Assembly: GCA_029717555.1 (NCBI GenBank)
Contig: JAMDHS010000033.1
Span: 124,001-188,000, forward strand
Source: Peribolospora baueri
Taxonomy: Eukaryota
DNA length: 64,000 bases
Direction of reading: 5' to 3'
Position numbers and translations under genes: made by a program. The notes beneath the pieces are model-generated. The model was not told the origin of the DNA, ran no database searches, and worked only from the letters and a program-made list of their open reading frames with translations. This document shows, piece by piece, positions 58,701 to 64,000 of this stretch. The first letter of the stretch is position 1, and every line of letters begins with the position of its first letter.

Positions 58701-61462
58701 GGAACGTGCCATATCAGAGCTGCTGTTGAAGATTTTCCGCGCTACTATACCGAGAATGCCCAAGACGGCTCTAAAGTTCTCAGAAGACCTGCAAAAGACA
58801 CTGCTGCCAATGATCAGCAAATCGTCCTCTGCCACATCGGTAAGTCTCTAGGTCTTTTGATACGAGCTGTCCCCGTCTTCTAATCACATCTATGAATTCA
58901 CCCGCTCTTGATTTACGCAGGAGCTTGTGGGGTGTTTCTCGGCGGTCGTCAACCATCAGACCCACGACTACCGTACACTCATTCATGTTCTAAAACAATG
59001 CGTCGGTGAGTGATACGGTCCAAAATTTGTCTCGACCATTCTCATGTTCACCCACGGAAACCGCCGCTTCCACAGGTCGTCTCCGTGTCGAAGTGGCCAA
59101 GTTTGCAGATTCTAAGCAAGCGGGACCCGCCAACCTGAGGCAGCTGCAGGTGCTCTTGAACCTCGTCGCGCTCTTGTGCGAGCATAGCGACTTCGACCGA
59201 ATACGCTCCAAGCTGCGCGAGGAGCGCGCAGGTATGTCAAATTATTTCTGCTGTGGTCTAGAGTGTCGACTGAGGACGGCCTATACATCTCTTTTGCGTC
59301 CCAGCTGGCCTGGAAGAGCTTGATAGTATATGCAAGGTAAGCCAATTTGAATCTTCTGCCCTGAGACTGACGTAACTCATTGACCCCCCATCCGCATGTC
59401 GGCCAATGTCCAACCCAGACTTCGATCACAGAGTACATTTATGACATTTTCATTACGCTCTACCACTCGCATCCCGTAGCCAAGATACCGTCACTGCATT
59501 GCTTAGGTAAGTCACTTCGACTCTCGCCCAATCGAAATTTTCACCACTTAGCGTCAGTTGCTTCCTCCAGGTTGTCTGTATCGAGCTTATCCGACCCTGA
59601 TGACGGACGAGCGCTCTACTGCCATCATGGACGAGGTTTTTTCGTCGGAAAAGGCCGAAGGCAAGCAGCGCCTGCTTCAGATCATGCAAAGCTTCCTCGT
59701 TTCAGAATCTTCCAAGAAAACACTTCAAGAGCAGAAAAGTGTGTTCGCTTTAGAAAATCTCGTTGTCTTGATCTCCACTGCTAACTGGCTTCGGGTACGA
59801 CTTCTACATGCAGCCACGGGCAAGGCGGTGGACATGAAAGAGCTCATTGGCAATACCGAGGGTTTTGCGGATTCGGGGTGAGCGACTGCCGACTTTCACT
59901 TTCCCCCCGACTTTCACTTTCCCCTTATAACCGTCTCACGCCTCCCTCCCTCAATGCTGCTTGTTCCCAGTGTCAGCTCGGCGGTTGTGCAGCGCTACCT
60001 CCATCACATCCTGGCAGCGGCGGAGACCGCTCAGCCGGCGATTCAGCGACCGGCCGTGGACATCTTGAACTTCACAGTCAAGCAGGGACTGGCACATCCA
60101 ATTCAAGTGAGTAGTCGACCGAGGTTGGGCAATTCGTTTGTATATGTTTCACTACATGCTTAACGCCTTGTTACGTCAGTGCCTTCCAACCCTAATCGCG
60201 CTGGAGACTGGCAACGACAAGGCGATCGCGGCCAAAGCTTTCTCACTACATGCTGCCATGCATTCGAAGCACGCCTCCATTATCAACAGCCGCTTCCTGG
60301 AGTGTGCTCGCGTGGTCTACAACTACCAAGCTCGGCTCTGTGGAGGAGAAAACGTGAAAGGTGAAGTAAATTCGCTGTACCCTCGTACAGAGCGGCAACT
60401 AACACCAGGCCTGTGTCGACGATCGCAGGTTTCCGAGGCGAGGCAAACGAAGCGCTTTTCCGGGGATGGTTCTCCCTGGTGAAGGAAAAGAGGAAGGATA
60501 AGCTCGATTTCCTCAAGTCCTTGGTGAAGTGCTTCAATGTGGAGGCAGGTTCAACGAAGATCTCGACAGTGCGTAACATATCGTAGCTCGTGCCAAGCGC
60601 AGCACACCACTCAACCGGCTTGCTTCGCGTTCTCAGGAAGACATCCGCTTCGTCCGCTTCATCACCGAGAACTTGTCGGCTTTCGATTACAAGACTCTCG
60701 AGGAGCCATTGACGGTCATCCATGCCCTCACGAAGGTCCTATCTGTGGCCGGTATGCAAACTTTGCATAGTTTGACGGCAGATGGGGTTTCAGACACCTC
60801 GATGCCTATGGGCGTGCCGATGGACTCGGGGTCAGAATACAACCTGGAAGCGGCCTTGGACGCGACTTCTCTCGCTAGTGAGTGAATTAAGACCTTGATT
60901 CGTCTACTCGAGCGTTGGAACTCACCCCATTGTGGGTTTAGGTCAACCGCCCATCGCGCACTCCGCTTCAGCCCATAGCTCCGATGATTTAGGGTCGCTC
61001 GCTCGCACTTCGGTCATTATTGGACTCGCGCTTCTACTCAAGGATCACCTCAAGGCCGTCTTTGGTCTTCCGGAAGCGTGAGTAGGACTTCCGTTTCTGT
61101 CGCGTGGCCAAGCGCTGTGGTTGACCAATGTGTCCGATCTCGTCGTTCATGTCAGCAAATGCGCCAAGTTCGTTCCTGACAAGAAGTCGGCCTTGGGCGA
61201 TCGACCGGCCGTCAAGCGCGTCGCAGCGGATGGCCCTCCACTGATCCTGAGCTACGAAAAAATGCCTTTCGCCAACCGGGAGATGAGGACGGAAGAGGAC
61301 TTCATTTCGCAAAAGGAAGCGGTAAATATCGATCCATCGCCGCCCGTCGCGGTCCTGACGAAAGCTAACGGCGCTGACGATCATTTCTCTTGTACTCAGT
61401 ATGTCTCCCTCGTTTCTGCGGACGGCACGCTCATCGAGCACGACGATTTGGACGATTTCTGA
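52734..61462 (+). CDS. SCC2: Cohesin loader Scc2/Mis4/NIPBL (HEAT repeats, Nipped-B_C), more than 20 exons
   Basis: [145 protein letters not shown]. Start inferred at ATG 52734 (exon 1 ends ...[12 protein letters not shown]). Confidence 0.93.
54927..54961 (+). repeat. (GCGAAY)n coding hexamer repeat, (Asn-Ala)n in Scc2
   Basis: gaacgcgaatgcgaacgcgaatgcgaacgcgaat, translated NANANANANAN. Confidence 0.9.
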
Positions 61463-61744
61463 ACAAGAACGACAGACGCTAGGATGGTCTGGTCTCGCGC
61501 TATTGCATGCACTCACTCGATCACTTTCATTTGTACCAACACCGCTGCCCATTTTCGTGTACCACCATGCATTGTACATCAACGGAAACGATTTCGAGGT
61601 CCAGAAAAAGTATGCATGTCTCAAAGTTTGCGAATTGTCCATCTGGCATCCGAAAGACAAGACGAAACTTGGAACGTAGCAAGAGAAGTTAAAAGGTGAA
61701 AGAATGCGCCCATCCGGACGTTGCACACCAGCGGGAGGTCGGTC

Positions 61745-63354
61745 TCAAACAACCCTGCTTCCAGCTTCGACGCCTTCGAGCTCGTCCTCCACGCCGTCGG
61801 CCAAATCCGGGTCGACGATCGGCTCCTCGTCGTCCGTTTTCTCGCCGCCGAGCACATGCTTCTGGAGGAACATGCCGATCTGGTCGAAATAGCCGGGCTG
61901 CGAGGGGAAAGAAACCAAAAAGAAGCGGAGAGTGTTGGTTAGGCGGAGAGAGCCGAGTAAGGAAAGAAGAAACTGGCGATCGCCATCTGCCGAGCATGCG
62001 AGCGACACCACGACCAAACCCACCTTTACGCAGGTATCGTTATGAGTTCCATCTCGAAACTCTTTCCAAACTTTTCTCTTGCTCCTCGAGCGCCGGTAGA
62101 GCTCTCTCATCATCCAAGGCGGGATCAGCTCGTCTTTTCTGCCGCTGAGGAAGAGGATGGGCACAGAGGGTGGGATGAGCTTGATGGATTCTCCTGAGGG
62201 CCAGATTTCTCGGCAGAGGAAGGTGAGATGCTTGAGTGGGGGAAGGGCGTGCGGAATCAGCTCCGGAATGGAAAGGAAGCTGGGAGGGTGGAAGGGAGAG
62301 ATGGAAGAAGGCGAGCCGTTTGGCCATCGGTTTCGTGGTCAGAGGCGACCGAGTGGAGTTTGGACTTGGCAGAGCTGTGATTCAGTTACCACTTACGTGT
62401 TTTCGACTATGAGAGCGTGTATCTAGAGGTATAACAGCGAAGGGTGGGGGGCATGCAGTGTGAGCGGGATGGCCTTGCCAGCCTCCGCGGATACGACTCA
62501 CCCTGTCCGGATTTTTACTGGCTAGATCGATGGCGACGGCGCCGCCGATACTCTGACTGTAGGCAATGATGATCGTCTCCTTGAGCACGGGATGGTCGAG
62601 GATGTAATCGAGTGCCGTCTGTGCATCTATTCGGATTCCCTTCTCGCTCGGCTCGCCCTCAGAGATGCCGTAGCCGCGGTAGGAGAGCATGAACACGTTG
62701 CAGCCAAAGCGTTTGTAAAAGACGGAGGCGAGGGGAAGGCGGTGGCCCTAAGGAAAGGCCGGGTGTGTCAGAGCGGGAAAAAAGAAGAAATTCAAAGGGA
62801 GAGCGGAACGGGAAATATGCGAGAGGGTGTGACTGACCATATTGCCGGCGTTGGCATGGAAGAACAACACGGTAGGCCGCCTCCTCGCGTAGTCGTCCGC
62901 CGCCTTCTTCTCCTTCTCCTCCTCTTCCAAATCCATGATTTTCTTCTCCTCTATCTCACCGTCACCCGAACCCACGCCCATGGCCTTGGCCCCGGCCTTG
63001 CCGTCCTGCATCATGAGATAGGCGCGAATAATGAGCCCGTCCGGGGTGCGCAGCTTGAGGTTCTCATAGGGGATGCCAAAGCGCTCTGGAGTCTCAACGT
63101 GGGTGCGAGATCCGGAGGGTAGACTGGAGGGGTAGATGAGCGAAGTCTGGTACTTGTACAAGAGGATGCAGAGCGAGGCAAAGCCGGCCGCTGCGAGGCC
63201 GCCGAAGACCTGTCGTGGTGTTGGGTACAAAACAAAGGTCCAGAGATGCATCCGTCAATCCTGGTTGGCGCTTGCACCGGTAGCCGCGCTGAGCAAGACG
63301 AGTTGACGAGCCGCTCACCTGGAACGCCGTCTGCCAACTGGGCAACAAAGCCAT
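61745..63354 (-). CDS. BEM46: Bem46/ABHD13-family alpha/beta hydrolase, 6 exons
   Basis: N-terminal TM followed by YKYQTSLIYPS; LFFHANAGNMGHRLP; SYRGYGISEGEPSEKGIRIDAQ; QSIGGAVAI; ENTFLSIP; LFLSGRKDELIP; GTHNDT (catalytic Ser/Asp/His). Confidence 0.92.
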
Positions 63355-64000
63355 GGCTGTCGTTGAGTAAGGAGCGGGTGCCGTTCGATGGCCGATCTGA
63401 TTTCGTTTTGTTTCACAAGTTGACCCGGTGCGGTCTGTGACAATGCGGTGTCTTAGCGCTCGTAGTAGCAGTTGCGTAGGGCGCCAACACATGCGAGCGT
63501 GCCTTGTGTGTGACCTCGAGCGGCGTCGACAATGGCGAGCAGAGCAGAGCGCGCTGTCGAGGCTGGCGAGCCAACTCGACGACGATGACGACCACGTCCG
63601 ACCTGAACCCCCTCGCTCGGCAGCCGATCGGTGTGCTGCGGCAACCACGTGCCGACCCCAGTGGCGGTGTTCTCCTTCTGGCTCGTAGATTTGTTTGCCC
63701 CGCGGAACGCACGTCACAACTCCATCGTAGAATTCCCCGCGCGTGGATTCGGTTCGACGCTGTGCGGCGATGGCGTTGCGAGTTCGGAGGAGTGCGGGAG
63801 CTTGGCGGGGCGCAACATGGGGGGGAAGCGGAATGGGAGGCGCGGACAAGATGGGGAGATGGAGGCGAGATAAAAGGCGGCCGGAGCGAGAGCGCGGCGA
63901 GCTGGCAAGGGCAAGTGCTGGCCTGCGTGCGGTCCGATCGGTCTGCATATCGTTGCAACCATCTGGAAGAAAGAGGTTGATGATGACCGTGCACTTGCTA

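Noticed and set aside
63355..64000. Several 60-280 aa ORFs at the window end
   Set aside because: They are Arg/Ala/Pro-rich GC shadows with no recognisable domain, most likely BEM46 promoter/UTR sequence.

Overview
Gene-dense, GC-rich, intron-rich eukaryotic DNA. The proteins and splice signals (GTRAGY donors, CTRAC branch points, YAG acceptors, introns mostly about 70-250 nt) point to a basidiomycete fungus, possibly Ustilaginomycotina (inferred, not verified). I reconstructed 20 protein-coding loci by splicing manually, in order: mitochondrial EF-G2 (MEF2), a LYR/DUF1763-like mitochondrial protein, ERV2, VPS2, the 3' part of an RCC1-repeat/PHD gene, a C-terminally incomplete cysteinyl-tRNA synthetase, YPT6/Rab6, EMC8/9, TAP42, methylcrotonyl-CoA carboxylase beta, a DHA2-type MFS transporter, CreC/WDR20, VPS54, a G-protein gamma subunit, WDR26/GID7, an unknown acidic low-complexity protein, a mitochondrial GGQ release factor, a CUE5-like protein, SCC2/NIPBL and BEM46/ABHD13. 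I recognised no tRNA, rRNA, CRISPR or intact mobile element. Two features stand out. (1) The CysRS gene runs in frame, through a branch-point-less intron containing a 44-nt poly(T) tract, into the 3' part of an unrelated RCC1-PHD gene; this is most likely an assembly collapse, but would be a real fusion or deletion if reads support it. (2) About 1.66 kb upstream of the first WDR26/GID7 ATG has no ATG in any plus-strand frame, yet it is open in frame for about 470 codons, making it a candidate non-AUG N-terminal extension. The rest is mostly housekeeping genes with micro-exons, atypical splice sites and microsatellite-rich domains.
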